Part shown: positions 11,159 through 20,927 of the stretch, one piece after another | How positions within the stretch are numbered: the stretch's first letter is position 1 | Layout of the letters: each line of letters begins with the position of its first letter | DNA from: a virus | Taxonomy: Duplodnaviria > Caudoviricetes | IMG/VR virus record: IMGVR_UViG_3300028591_000005 | Location: 32,001 to 96,000 of that record | Reading direction: 5' to 3' (one strand) | Length of the DNA stretch: 64,000 bases | Notes under the pieces: model-generated | Told to the model about the DNA's origin: nothing | The model's database searches: none | Seen by the model: the letters and a program-made list of their open reading frames with translations, nothing else | Program-made: the position numbers and the translations under genes

Positions 11159-13198
11159 ATGAGTGAAATTAATTTATTAAAAGATGCTTCTTTTTTACAT
11201 AAACTTAGTTCAGAAAATATAAAAGTATATTATGCAAAAATATTAATATTAGATAAAAATGAACAGCCTATAAGAGCGATTGAAGGTCGAATTTCAGCGG
11301 GTTCTATATCATTAAATGGTAATTCTAATGTCCGAAGAACTGGGAATATTACTTTTCTAGCAGAAGAAACTGAAAATGATTTAACAGATATAGATAATCT
11401 TCTTTCAATGAATAAGAAGATAAATATTTTTATAGGCATTGAAAATAATATTGATGATATACATGATAAAATAATATGGTTTAAACAAGGTATTTTTGTT
11501 ATAACGCAACCTAGTTTACAACATAATTCTAGTGGAGTTATAATTTCACTACAATTTAAAGATAAAATGTGTTTATTAAATGGAGAGTGCGGAGGTGGGC
11601 TTCCTACTTCCGTAACTTTTCATGAATATGATCAAATTATAGGTTATGATGATAATGATGGTAGAGGATATACTAAATATCCTAATAATCCTAATGTTTA
11701 TACCGTGTATGCTATTAATGGCGAAGACATGATGTGGGATCCTACTTATGGATGGTCTAAATCTAGTAAAAGTAGAGTTGGTGAAATAATGCATGTTCCA
11801 CAAAGAATATTCGATATAATACAAACATTGGTATGCAATTTTGGTGATGAAGCAATTGCTAAAATTATAGTTGAAATACCTTTAGAGATTAGAGCAATAG
11901 TCAGATATGTTGGTACTGAAACTTTGTTTTATAATGACAGTACTGGAGTATATACTGAAGATTCAGATGTTGTAGCTGAAAACCCTGGTTTATGGAGAAG
12001 TTTTAAGCACAATGAAGATTGCGGTTATGTATATACTGATTTTACTTATCCAGGTGAACTTATTTCTTCTATTGGTGAAAATATATGCTCTGTATTAGAT
12101 AAAATTAAAAATACTCTTGGTAATTGCGAATATTTCTATGATATAAATGGTAATTTTATTTTTCGCGAGAAAAAAAATTATCTTAATACTCAATATGATC
12201 CAGTTCAAAAACTTGATGAAAATGGATTTTTATTAAATAGTGAAAATTATTTTGTAGATTTTAGTAATACCAATAGAGCAGCATATACTTTTGAGGAAGG
12301 AAGCGCATTAGTAACATCTTTTTCAAATTCTCCTCAATATACGAATATCAAAAATGATTATCATATATGGGGTAAAAATGATGATAGCTTTGCTATTCAT
12401 TATCACGTGGCTATTAAAGAAAAGCCATTGCCGCCATATTCTGAAAGAGAAGTGGTTGCAGAAAGAGATGAAAAAGGTGATTATACAGGTGTGATTCATC
12501 TTGCAACAGTTAGAGATATTCCTTCTCAAATTTATAAATATACTCCTAATGATTGGAGAGCTGAATTATATATGAGAGGTCTTGATAAAAAGAAACTTCA
12601 ACAAAGACCTGATGTATATGAGCAAGAAATTCTTGATTTCTTTGATAGTATTTATGATATGCGAAAACAAGAATATAAGGTTGATATAGTTAATCATCCA
12701 AATGATTTAAAATACTGGATAGATTACATTAATCCATCTTTATTATATGACATATCTATTGATACGATTGGTACAAGAATTTATAGTTACCAAAAAGATA
12801 AAATTAAAAAGCTATATAATACTGATATTCCTAATATAGTGATAATTAATAATGCGGCAACCGCATTATCTCAAGCTACTGTAATTGCTAAATGTGAAGC
12901 TATAGGACAACCTTATTCGAGAGTACCTAAAAGTATTTATGATAAATTGGTTGTAGGCACTTATGGATATACTTCACAAGAAACAATGAGAGATTTAATT
13001 TATCAATATACTAGCTATAATTCTGCAATATCTATTGTAAGTATTCCTATTTATTATCTTGATGTTAATGAAAGAATTACAGTGCAGGATAGAGCTTCTG
13101 GAATATTTGGAGATTATGTTATTAACTCTATAAATCTTCCTTTAGATGCAAAAAATACTATGACAATTTCTGCATCAAAGGCATTAGAAAGAGTTTAA
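11159..13198 (+). CDS. Baseplate hub-like tail protein
   Basis: 679 aa; 'IEGRISAGSISLNGNSNVRRTG', 'EYFYDINGNFIF', C-terminal 'IPIYYLDVNERITV...YVINSINLPL' hub-type pattern. Confidence 0.55.
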   Translation: MSEINLLKDASFLHKLSSENIKVYYAKILILDKNEQPIRAIEGRISAGSISLNGNSNVRRTGNITFLAEETENDLTDIDNLLSMNKKINIFIGIENNIDDIHDKIIWFKQGIFVITQPSLQHNSSGVIISLQFKDKMCLLNGECGGGLPTSVTFHEYDQIIGYDDNDGRGYTKYPNNPNVYTVYAINGEDMMWDPTYGWSKSSKSRVGEIMHVPQRIFDIIQTLVCNFGDEAIAKIIVEIPLEIRAIVRYVGTETLFYNDSTGVYTEDSDVVAENPGLWRSFKHNEDCGYVYTDFTYPGELISSIGENICSVLDKIKNTLGNCEYFYDINGNFIFREKKNYLNTQYDPVQKLDENGFLLNSENYFVDFSNTNRAAYTFEEGSALVTSFSNSPQYTNIKNDYHIWGKNDDSFAIHYHVAIKEKPLPPYSEREVVAERDEKGDYTGVIHLATVRDIPSQIYKYTPNDWRAELYMRGLDKKKLQQRPDVYEQEILDFFDSIYDMRKQEYKVDIVNHPNDLKYWIDYINPSLLYDISIDTIGTRIYSYQKDKIKKLYNTDIPNIVIINNAATALSQATVIAKCEAIGQPYSRVPKSIYDKLVVGTYGYTSQETMRDLIYQYTSYNSAISIVSIPIYYLDVNERITVQDRASGIFGDYVINSINLPLDAKNTMTISASKALERV

Positions 13199-13221
13199 TA
13201 ACATTAGAAAGGAGTTAATAA

Positions 13222-14100
13222 ATGTCTTACGTGTTGAATCAATATAATCAACCTGTAGTAGACAAAAGTCCTGCTTCTTCTCCTGAGAATCAGATTTATA
13301 TGACTCAATTAACTGGAGGAACTCCTAAACGAAGACCTAGTAATATAGATAGTGGAGTTACCGGTTCTTCTAATGATTTATTTTATGATGAATGTGTAGA
13401 ATTAAATAGTCCATTACTTACAAATGTTAATTATTATTTTCATTGTAGAATAAAAAGATTAGAAGATCCTCAAGTATTTTTTATTTATCTATTAAATACA
13501 AATGCTTCGCCAGAAGAAAATCCGCCAACTCAATATTTAAAAACTATTACTGTTAGAGGCGGAGAACAAAATGAGCATACTGAATGGGTTGATTTTGAAT
13601 TAGTCTTTTCTCCTTTATTATCTTTTAATTGTATTTTATTTCAATTGCAAAGAACGATAAAGGATTATACAGATTATGCTGATCAAGGAGGTCGACACCC
13701 TTATATTTGTTATGAAGAACTTAGTAAAATTAATAATATCGTAACAAGTAAAACAGGTGCAAAAGCTGGATTATTTAAAATTGGTATTCAATCTAGACCA
13801 GGATTGATGATGTGTTTAAATAAAGAAGAAATACATATAGGTCGTAGCGGTATTTATGAAGTTAATAATGGGAAAATTGTTGTTGATTTCTTAAGTATTG
13901 TATGTGCGGCGACAGAAGATCCTATAATTGTTCCAGGTGAAGGTACAATGACTATGGAAGAATATCTTGATTATATTGGTAATCAAGAAGTCATTATAGA
14001 TAAAGATCATACAAATAGTACGTGTATATTTGATAATTCTAAAGAAAGAAAAATAGATGCTTTTACTTTAGATTATATGTATGAGGAAACGGAGGAATAA
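13222..14100 (+). CDS. Putative tail/baseplate protein
   Basis: 292 aa, RBS, within tail operon. Confidence 0.5.
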   Translation: MSYVLNQYNQPVVDKSPASSPENQIYMTQLTGGTPKRRPSNIDSGVTGSSNDLFYDECVELNSPLLTNVNYYFHCRIKRLEDPQVFFIYLLNTNASPEENPPTQYLKTITVRGGEQNEHTEWVDFELVFSPLLSFNCILFQLQRTIKDYTDYADQGGRHPYICYEELSKINNIVTSKTGAKAGLFKIGIQSRPGLMMCLNKEEIHIGRSGIYEVNNGKIVVDFLSIVCAATEDPIIVPGEGTMTMEEYLDYIGNQEVIIDKDHTNSTCIFDNSKERKIDAFTLDYMYEETEE

Positions 14101-14106
14101 AGGATT

Positions 14107-17100
14107 ATGAGTGAAATGAGTTCATTTTATGGCGGAAGACAAGGCGCTTCTTTCGTTATAGTGAAACGATTTGACGGAATCAATATTCCTCAAGTCGAAG
14201 GACAAGAGCAATATACTAATGCATTATATGCTATTAATTCTAGTACTAATAGTTTTTTATTGGTTTCCGCATCTGAAGGCGGTAATGTTGCTGTTGGTGA
14301 TAATGTTTATTTAATAAAAAGAACTAATGATAATAAAAATGATTATACTTGGCAAAATCATTTAAATGATGGTTCTGTAATTAATGGAGGACAATATAAC
14401 TTTCCGAAGAAAATGGCGGAAGGCATGGTCCAATGTTTTAGTCAAGGTGCAAAAAGTGCAAATGAAGTCAATTATGGTGAATATGTTATAATTGATACTA
14501 TTGCAGAAATGAATGATAGAAATAACCTTGATAATGGTAAAATTTTCCGTAGAGGAATGAATGTTGATACTGAACTTGCAGGAGCCGAATATATAGGTTG
14601 TATAGTTGGTCCTGAAGGTAGTAGTGTTGAATTAAGTCTTGTTCATTATGATGATATAATTGATGAAGCTACAGGCTCTGATGAATATACTGTTACAGAA
14701 CATGATTTAATTCCTGGCGAGCATGATGGTATTTATGAAGATGCTATTAAATATGCTTATGTAACTATTCAAGATGAATATGGAAATATTGAGGGTACTG
14801 AAGTAGGATTTAAAATTCCTACTCTTGTTCAAGATTTTTATGGTCAAGCGGTAAGTCCTTACTATAAATTGGCATTAATTGAACCAGATGAAGAACAATA
14901 TGTAGATGGAAAATGGAGACATCCATTTTATCAACGTTGGAAAATAAATATTCCTAAAGGTATTCATGGTAAAGATGCAGTTAATTTCCGCATTATTCCT
15001 AGAGTGACCATGTTAAAGGGATACTTTAATGAAAGTCATGGTACATATCTTTATAATTCAAAAGATTTAGCTCCTGACCATTTAATTGGTTTTGCGGATG
15101 ATCAAATTTTTAATACTATTATAAATTTAGAAAGTCAAAATACTGATTGGATAGAAATACAATATAATGATCCAAGATATCCTCACGTGTATGCATATAA
15201 ATCTCAATGTGGTATGGATACACTTTATTATGATGAAATTGATTATTCATCTGAGGTTATTGATACAGAATCTCATCCTATTGGTTTAATAAATACGATT
15301 GAAAGGGTACATTTATCTGATAATGGTATTTTAACAGTTTATTATCGTGGAAGTATGCTTCCTGAAGAACAAGCAGAAAAAATTCGTTGGATTGATACTG
15401 AATCTTCTACTGGTATTGTTATTGATCCAGATGGTTCAATGCATGTATACTATAATACAACACATGAGCCTAGAGGAAGTGCCGATCCTTATGAAAGAAT
15501 TGATACTCAAAATAGAGCACATGACCATGATGATTTTCCTTATATTTTAAAATGGATTTCAAATGTTACAATAGATGCAGTGGGTACAATTAGAATTTAT
15601 AATAATGTGAATCCTGATTCTCCTGCATATACTTTTGATAGATATATGAAGTGTATTAACAATGTTTATATTGAAAATACAACATCATCTTCTACAGATG
15701 AAGGATCAGGAGATCAAAAAATTCATATATCTTATAATACAGGTGAAAATGCAATTATTGGTAATCCTTTAAATTACATAATTGAAACTGCAGTAGTTGG
15801 AAGCAATAATTATAATGCACCATATGGACATTTAATAGTTTATTATGCGGATCCCCTATTAAGAGAAGTATATCGAGATAATTGGATTACTTTTCCTAGT
15901 TCAAAATATCCAGATAAAATTTGGACACAATGGGTAGATTTAGGACAAGTTGAAGGTCCAGCAGGTGGCATCCATATTCTTAAAAATGTTTATAGTATGA
16001 ATGAATTAATGGATGCTAATTATAATTGGATTCCACCAGAAAGATTAAGAAATGACGCTGGTGAGATTATTGATGATAAAGCTGCTGGATGGTCATGTAC
16101 ATATACTCCAGGTATTTTTATAGCAACAACTTCAAGTGATCCTGATGCTTTAAAGATAGTTGCAAATACAGTAATACCTAATGATGGTGAAATTAGACTT
16201 TCTATTGTTGAGAATGTAAATCCTAGTCAATTTCATGTAGGTGACTATGTAAAATTTGATCAAACTGATGATACTGAAATATTATGTTTCAATTATGAAG
16301 TTAATGAGTGGTATACAATAGGTTCTATATTTTCTGATAGTGATGTTGTTAAACAAATTGAAACTACTTCTGCTGAAGACTATGAAGTTCTTTTATCAGG
16401 TAGTGCAGATAATGTTACTAGATCAGAGAATGCTAGAAAAAATACTCAGTTAACATTTAATCCTGCTAATGGTAATTTAAAAGTTAATAAAATAAATAAT
16501 GTTTCAGTTGGCAATAATCCTAAATTTACAGATACTTGGAAAGCTAATAGTAGTTCTTCAGAAGGATATGTTGCGAGCGGAAATGGTCAAGTTAACAAAG
16601 TTTGGAAAACTGATTCTAATGGTATTCCTGCATGGAGAGAAGACGCAGATACTAAATACAATGTAGTTAGTAAAACTGCTGCAGGTCTTGCACCTCAATT
16701 GCCAAATGAAACTGGCACTACAAAATATTTAAGACAAGATGGTAATTGGGCAGCACCTTCCGCATATTCCTTTACTACTGGTGATAATAATGGTCAGATA
16801 AAAGTATCTCCTTCAGATGGAGATGCTTATAATGTTAATGTTAAAGGCTTAAGTAATTTAGCTTATATAGGAATTAATGGTTCTACTTCTCAGTATTTAC
16901 GCGGAGATGGCAGATGGATAGCTCCACCAAATGACAATACATGGATTCCTATGAAAGGTGCTACTAGTAGCGCAGATGGTACTGTAGGTTATGTAAATGC
17001 TGTTCCGCCAAGTAATGGATATAATACTAAATACTTAAGAGCTGATGGTAGTTGGGAGGTACCTCCTAATAACCAAGTTGCTCAAATTAATAGTAATACT

Positions 17101-17466
17101 ACTAATGCTGAATTAAGTGTATTATTATCATATTCAGCTACTGGTGAAACTGAAACTCAAGGTATTAGAAAGGATAGTAATTTAAAATATAATCCTTATA
17201 CTAATAATCTTACAGTTAGTAAAATTAATAACGTAGCTCAAAGAACTCCTTTATATGATCAAACTTTAAATTTTAATAATAATTTAGTAGCTACAATTGC
17301 GGTAACTGGTATTACTGCACAAACTGCAATTGAAGTTTATTTCCAAAATAGGGAAGTTGCAATAAATTCACAAGTAGTTGCTGAGACTGGAGCAAATGTA
17401 ATTACATTTACCGCACAATCTGCTCCAAGTGAAAATATAGTATGTAATATATACTTTAGAGATTAA
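14107..17466 (+). CDS. Tail fibre protein
   Basis: 1119 aa; three YLRxDGxW repeats (KYLRQDGNW, QYLRGDGRW, KYLRADGSW) and a duplicated 'VLLS...NP..NL.V.KINNV' segment. Confidence 0.7.
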   Translation: MSEMSSFYGGRQGASFVIVKRFDGINIPQVEGQEQYTNALYAINSSTNSFLLVSASEGGNVAVGDNVYLIKRTNDNKNDYTWQNHLNDGSVINGGQYNFPKKMAEGMVQCFSQGAKSANEVNYGEYVIIDTIAEMNDRNNLDNGKIFRRGMNVDTELAGAEYIGCIVGPEGSSVELSLVHYDDIIDEATGSDEYTVTEHDLIPGEHDGIYEDAIKYAYVTIQDEYGNIEGTEVGFKIPTLVQDFYGQAVSPYYKLALIEPDEEQYVDGKWRHPFYQRWKINIPKGIHGKDAVNFRIIPRVTMLKGYFNESHGTYLYNSKDLAPDHLIGFADDQIFNTIINLESQNTDWIEIQYNDPRYPHVYAYKSQCGMDTLYYDEIDYSSEVIDTESHPIGLINTIERVHLSDNGILTVYYRGSMLPEEQAEKIRWIDTESSTGIVIDPDGSMHVYYNTTHEPRGSADPYERIDTQNRAHDHDDFPYILKWISNVTIDAVGTIRIYNNVNPDSPAYTFDRYMKCINNVYIENTTSSSTDEGSGDQKIHISYNTGENAIIGNPLNYIIETAVVGSNNYNAPYGHLIVYYADPLLREVYRDNWITFPSSKYPDKIWTQWVDLGQVEGPAGGIHILKNVYSMNELMDANYNWIPPERLRNDAGEIIDDKAAGWSCTYTPGIFIATTSSDPDALKIVANTVIPNDGEIRLSIVENVNPSQFHVGDYVKFDQTDDTEILCFNYEVNEWYTIGSIFSDSDVVKQIETTSAEDYEVLLSGSADNVTRSENARKNTQLTFNPANGNLKVNKINNVSVGNNPKFTDTWKANSSSSEGYVASGNGQVNKVWKTDSNGIPAWREDADTKYNVVSKTAAGLAPQLPNETGTTKYLRQDGNWAAPSAYSFTTGDNNGQIKVSPSDGDAYNVNVKGLSNLAYIGINGSTSQYLRGDGRWIAPPNDNTWIPMKGATSSADGTVGYVNAVPPSNGYNTKYLRADGSWEVPPNNQVAQINSNTTNAELSVLLSYSATGETETQGIRKDSNLKYNPYTNNLTVSKINNVAQRTPLYDQTLNFNNNLVATIAVTGITAQTAIEVYFQNREVAINSQVVAETGANVITFTAQSAPSENIVCNIYFRD

Positions 17467-17478
17467 AGGAGATAAATT

Positions 17479-17727
17479 ATGAGAGCAATAACAAATATAG
17501 ATAATGGTTCCTGGACCGGCGCAGTCACCTGCGCCGTCGGGGACACTGATGTTACAATAACAGATAGTAAAATAAAAAGCACTTCAACAATTGATGTTTA
17601 TTCAGAAAGTGTAAGTGGTGATACTATTTCAATTAAAAATATAGCAATTATTAATGGTTCTGCTGTTTTAACTTTTTTTGAACCATTAACAGAACAAATA
17701 AAATTTAAATTGCATATAATTGCGTAA
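17479..17727 (+). CDS. Small tail-fibre-associated beta protein
   Basis: 82 aa; resembles the last ~70 aa of the upstream fibre (I...T.I(E/D)VY...LTF). Confidence 0.55.
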   Translation: MRAITNIDNGSWTGAVTCAVGDTDVTITDSKIKSTSTIDVYSESVSGDTISIKNIAIINGSAVLTFFEPLTEQIKFKLHIIA

Positions 17728-17741
17728 AGGAGAGATTGATT

Positions 17742-19268
17742 ATGGCTTGGATTATATGTAAATATGGATCTGGTGGAGGTGGCGGTGGAGATCGTCCTGA
17801 TGGTTCTACTGTTACTCCTGTTTCTGATGTACCTACATGGCTTAGATGTGGAGGTCTTGGTTCTAAAGGTTATACTACTCTTTCTCAAATATTATCAGAT
17901 GCAAATACTCTTAATGGGTTAATGAGTGATGCTAATGCTGTTAATTACTTAGTAAGATCTACCTCTTGGGTTTCTGATATTACTGGAAATCAAAGTGCAA
18001 TGACATATATTGGAGCTAATGACTATGCAGCTTATAAGTTATTAAGTAATAGTACATGGAGAACAGCTATTTGTAATAGTACATATTTTGAATCGGTATT
18101 AAATGTCAAAGTACCAACAATGACAAGCAATACTACTCCCGAAGGCCTGTGTGCTTATTCAAATGCTTATCCTAATAGTTATTGGAATGTCGCTTATAAG
18201 GTATTTGATGGAGATACATCATCAAATGGGTGGCTTCCTCCACAGAATAGTACAAATGAATATATCTACTATAAATTCAAAGATTCTGAATGTCTTGTAA
18301 TGATGCAGATAACATTTGCATTTGGATCAAGTCCAATTTCTCCTGTGCAGTTTGACGTAATAGGATCAAATGATGGTGTTAACTGGGTAGATATAGCTTC
18401 TGGTGAAAGTATTTCTGGTTCGGGTACTGTTAATGTACAGAAATATTATCCTGTTTCTACTTCTTATAAATATTTAGGTGTACGAAATACTAATATTTGG
18501 ATTGATACTAACGGAGCCCACTATACTGGATTAATGGGACTTCAATTCTATGGTCGTATATTTGGTAATATACAATCGTGGCTTAAAGCTGGTAAAGTAG
18601 ATAAAAATTATACTACACTAGAGCAAGTTCTTGCTGATAGTTCAACACTTCAGACTCTTATGGCATCTTCTGATGCAGTAGATTATCTTTCTGCTTGTGG
18701 TAATTGGGCTGATACTATATGTGCTAATCAAAGTGCTATGAATTATATTGGGCTTAATAATTATGCTGCTAATACTTTACTTGCTGATGCTTGTTGGTGC
18801 AATGCAATTGCTAATAGTGCATATATAGAATCAGTATTAAACGTTAAAGTTCCTGTTATGACAAGTAATACAGAACCTAGTGGAGAAGTAATATATACTA
18901 GTACTAGTGGAACCGATTATCCATGGCGAGCATTTAATCCTAGTATTAAAAGTGGTAGATATGTAAATGCTAATGCTGAAGGATATATAGGATATATATT
19001 TCCAAATCCAACAAAGGTATTTGTAGCTGATTTGCATATACATTCAGGTTATTACCATAAAGAAATGAAACTTCAAACGTCATCTGATGGTGGTAATTGG
19101 ATTGATTGTACAGATTATATTAATTGTCCAATTAACAGCAATGTAAAGATTACTAATAATAAATCCACTTTAAATAGATATTGGCGAGTATATGGTAGAT
19201 ATCCACAAGGTGGTCATCCATATGTTTACATGTCCTTTATGAATTTTTACGGACGTCAAGATGTGTAA
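17742..19268 (+). CDS. Receptor-binding-like protein with two tandem (helical repeat + discoidin/F5-8-like) modules
   Basis: Internal duplication ('YTTLSQILSD...ESVLNVKVPTMTSNT' vs 'YTTLEQVLAD...ESVLNVKVPVMTSNT'); 'GSNDGVNW'/'SSDGGNW' and 'FYG' discoidin-like motifs. Confidence 0.65.
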   Translation: MAWIICKYGSGGGGGGDRPDGSTVTPVSDVPTWLRCGGLGSKGYTTLSQILSDANTLNGLMSDANAVNYLVRSTSWVSDITGNQSAMTYIGANDYAAYKLLSNSTWRTAICNSTYFESVLNVKVPTMTSNTTPEGLCAYSNAYPNSYWNVAYKVFDGDTSSNGWLPPQNSTNEYIYYKFKDSECLVMMQITFAFGSSPISPVQFDVIGSNDGVNWVDIASGESISGSGTVNVQKYYPVSTSYKYLGVRNTNIWIDTNGAHYTGLMGLQFYGRIFGNIQSWLKAGKVDKNYTTLEQVLADSSTLQTLMASSDAVDYLSACGNWADTICANQSAMNYIGLNNYAANTLLADACWCNAIANSAYIESVLNVKVPVMTSNTEPSGEVIYTSTSGTDYPWRAFNPSIKSGRYVNANAEGYIGYIFPNPTKVFVADLHIHSGYYHKEMKLQTSSDGGNWIDCTDYINCPINSNVKITNNKSTLNRYWRVYGRYPQGGHPYVYMSFMNFYGRQDV

Positions 19269-19280
19269 AGGAGAGATAAT

Positions 19281-19544
19281 ATGTTAAGTTTAGAAGAAAG
19301 AGTAACGCATCTTGAGAATTATCTCAATGCATTACTCAATAAAATAAATAATGATGAATATTATATGAATACAGATATTTCTTCTAATCGTACAATTAAT
19401 TCTAAGCAGGAAACAGATATAGCAGATAATCGTACTGGAATAGAAGAAGCATATGAAACAACTCTTACTAATACAGATGATATTGCTGATGTAAGAACTG
19501 CACTTGAAGAAGTTTATGAAATGATTGCACCTGAGGAGGAATAA
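19281..19544 (+). CDS. Tail fibre assembly/coiled-coil protein
   Basis: 87 aa ending 'ALEEVYEMI'; typical partner of CD1375-like genes. Confidence 0.5.
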   Translation: MLSLEERVTHLENYLNALLNKINNDEYYMNTDISSNRTINSKQETDIADNRTGIEEAYETTLTNTDDIADVRTALEEVYEMIAPEEE

Positions 19545-19547
19545 TAT

Positions 19548-19709
19548 ATGGCTAGAATATATGCTACATCTTGTGAAAAAGATGGTAAAAATTTTTATAC
19601 TGTACCAAAATCACTTCAGAATAAAGTTGCAGCAATTATAGCTGCAGATGGCTATATTATTCAGGATGATGGTACTGTTATACCAGCTCCTATTGACGAA
19701 GAAGAATAA
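19548..19709 (+). CDS. CD1375-like small phage protein (not in ORF track)
   Basis: 53 aa MARIYATSCEKDGKNFYTVPKSLQNKVAAII..., GAGGAGG RBS; 'MA.IYA....G.....VP..L...V' pattern. Confidence 0.6.
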   Translation: MARIYATSCEKDGKNFYTVPKSLQNKVAAIIAADGYIIQDDGTVIPAPIDEEE

Positions 19710-19809
19710 AAGAAATAAGGGCAGATAAGAAGAATATCTTATCTGCCCTTGTAAAGATATCCATACAGATAGCTTCCAAGAATGAAAGGTTGTATGAACT
19801 TTACTTTAT
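19706..19809 (-). ncRNA. Candidate small RNA (promoter-hairpin-terminator, no ORF)
   Basis: Minus-strand TTGAAA-17-TATAAT at 19844-19816; transcript can pair GTAAA/TTTAC, TTCATACA/TGTATGGA, CTTTCA/TGGAAG, then terminator. Confidence 0.5.
19716..19752. terminator. Bidirectional terminator-like hairpin ending the tail operon
   Basis: AAGGGCAGATAAGA...TCTTATCTGCCCTT; T-rich tail on the minus strand. Confidence 0.75.
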
Positions 19810-20018
19810 ATAAATATTATAATAAAAATTTTGAAATTTTTCAATTTGATGATTCTTTTTATTTTTGTTAAATGAATTTTTTAATGAATAAAAATTGCAT
19901 AAAATCTTTGGACGAGAGCCAGGATTTTTTGCATATTTATGCAAAATTTTGTATAATTATTCATAAAAAAATTAATAAAAATTTTTTTAAAATTCATGAA
20001 AAATCACTATAAGAAAAT

Positions 20019-20047
20019 TTGACTAGTTCAAAAATTTTTGATATAAT
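20019..20047 (+). promoter_or_regulatory. SigA-type promoter (class I)
   Basis: TTGACT-17-TATAAT with TG. Confidence 0.75.
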
Positions 20048-20079
20048 ATAAGTATAAAGAAGAAAGGACTTTTATTTTT

Positions 20080-20613
20080 ATGGCTAATATTTTGGCTATA
20101 GATGCATCTACTAAACGTACTGGATATGCCTTTTTTAAAGACAATCAGATACAATATGGTGCTATATCTAGTTCATCTACATCTCCAGAAAAAAGAATCG
20201 GAGTAATGAGAGATGAAATTCTTAAAATTATTAAACAAGAGAATATAGATACAATTATTATGGAAGAAGTGCGTCCTGACGGTATGAATCAACATACTGG
20301 AAAACTTCTTACATGGCTACAAGGATGCATTGTAGTGGCTGTATTTGAATATAATAAAAATATTAAAATTGATTTTATAGGTGCAAGTACTTGGAGAAGT
20401 CGTTTAGGCTTACAAGGATATAGAGTATTAAGGCAAAAACAAAAGGAAATAGATATTGATTTTGCTAATACTACTTATTGTTTAAAATTATCTGCGGAAA
20501 TGGATGATGAAGCAGATGCTATTTGTATATTAACTGCATATAAAAGAGATGCGGCGGCCCTTGCTAATAAGAAACCTAGTGGTTCGATTGGCGAAGAAGA
20601 AAGTGCGTTCTAA
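20080..20613 (+). CDS. ruvC: RuvC-like Holliday junction resolvase
   Basis: 'ILAIDAST..TGYA', 'IIMEE', 'DDEADAICI' RNase H-fold acidic motifs. Confidence 0.8.
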   Translation: MANILAIDASTKRTGYAFFKDNQIQYGAISSSSTSPEKRIGVMRDEILKIIKQENIDTIIMEEVRPDGMNQHTGKLLTWLQGCIVVAVFEYNKNIKIDFIGASTWRSRLGLQGYRVLRQKQKEIDIDFANTTYCLKLSAEMDDEADAICILTAYKRDAAALANKKPSGSIGEEESAF

Positions 20614-20692
20614 AATTCTTTAGCTTGACATTTTCAAAAATTTTTGTTATAATATTTATAGAATAAAAAATATGTTACTGCTAAAGAATTTT
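20612..20692 (+). promoter_or_regulatory. Consensus promoter (20625-20653) enclosed by a perfect 13-bp inverted repeat
   Basis: AAAATTCTTTAGC (20612-20624) [TTGACA-17-TATAAT] GCTAAAGAATTTT (20680-20692). Confidence 0.7.
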
Positions 20693-20927
20693 TGGACAAA
20701 CGTAGTAAATTAATTACTTATATTTTTTATATTATTTAGAAGAAAGAAATTCTCTCTTTCTTTAATGCAAATTCTTTGCATTTAATTTTCCCTTTTATTT
20801 ATTTAATTTTATATTTCTTTCTAAATAGGGATTTTTATGCCTATTTATCAATTTGGATTTTTCTATCCAGGATCACACACTTTTTGTTTGAAAATTCTTA
20901 GAAGTAACGAGTTCTAAGGAGGAAAAA

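Noticed and set aside
14107-19268. Diversity-generating retroelement acting on tail fibres
   Set aside because: No reverse transcriptase and no adenine-specific TR/VR nucleotide repeat seen; the repeats are old protein-level duplications
20672-20713. 13-codon mini-ORF MLLLKNFWTNVVN after the IR-flanked promoter
   Set aside because: No RBS; overlaps the IR arm and class II motif; cannot be supported
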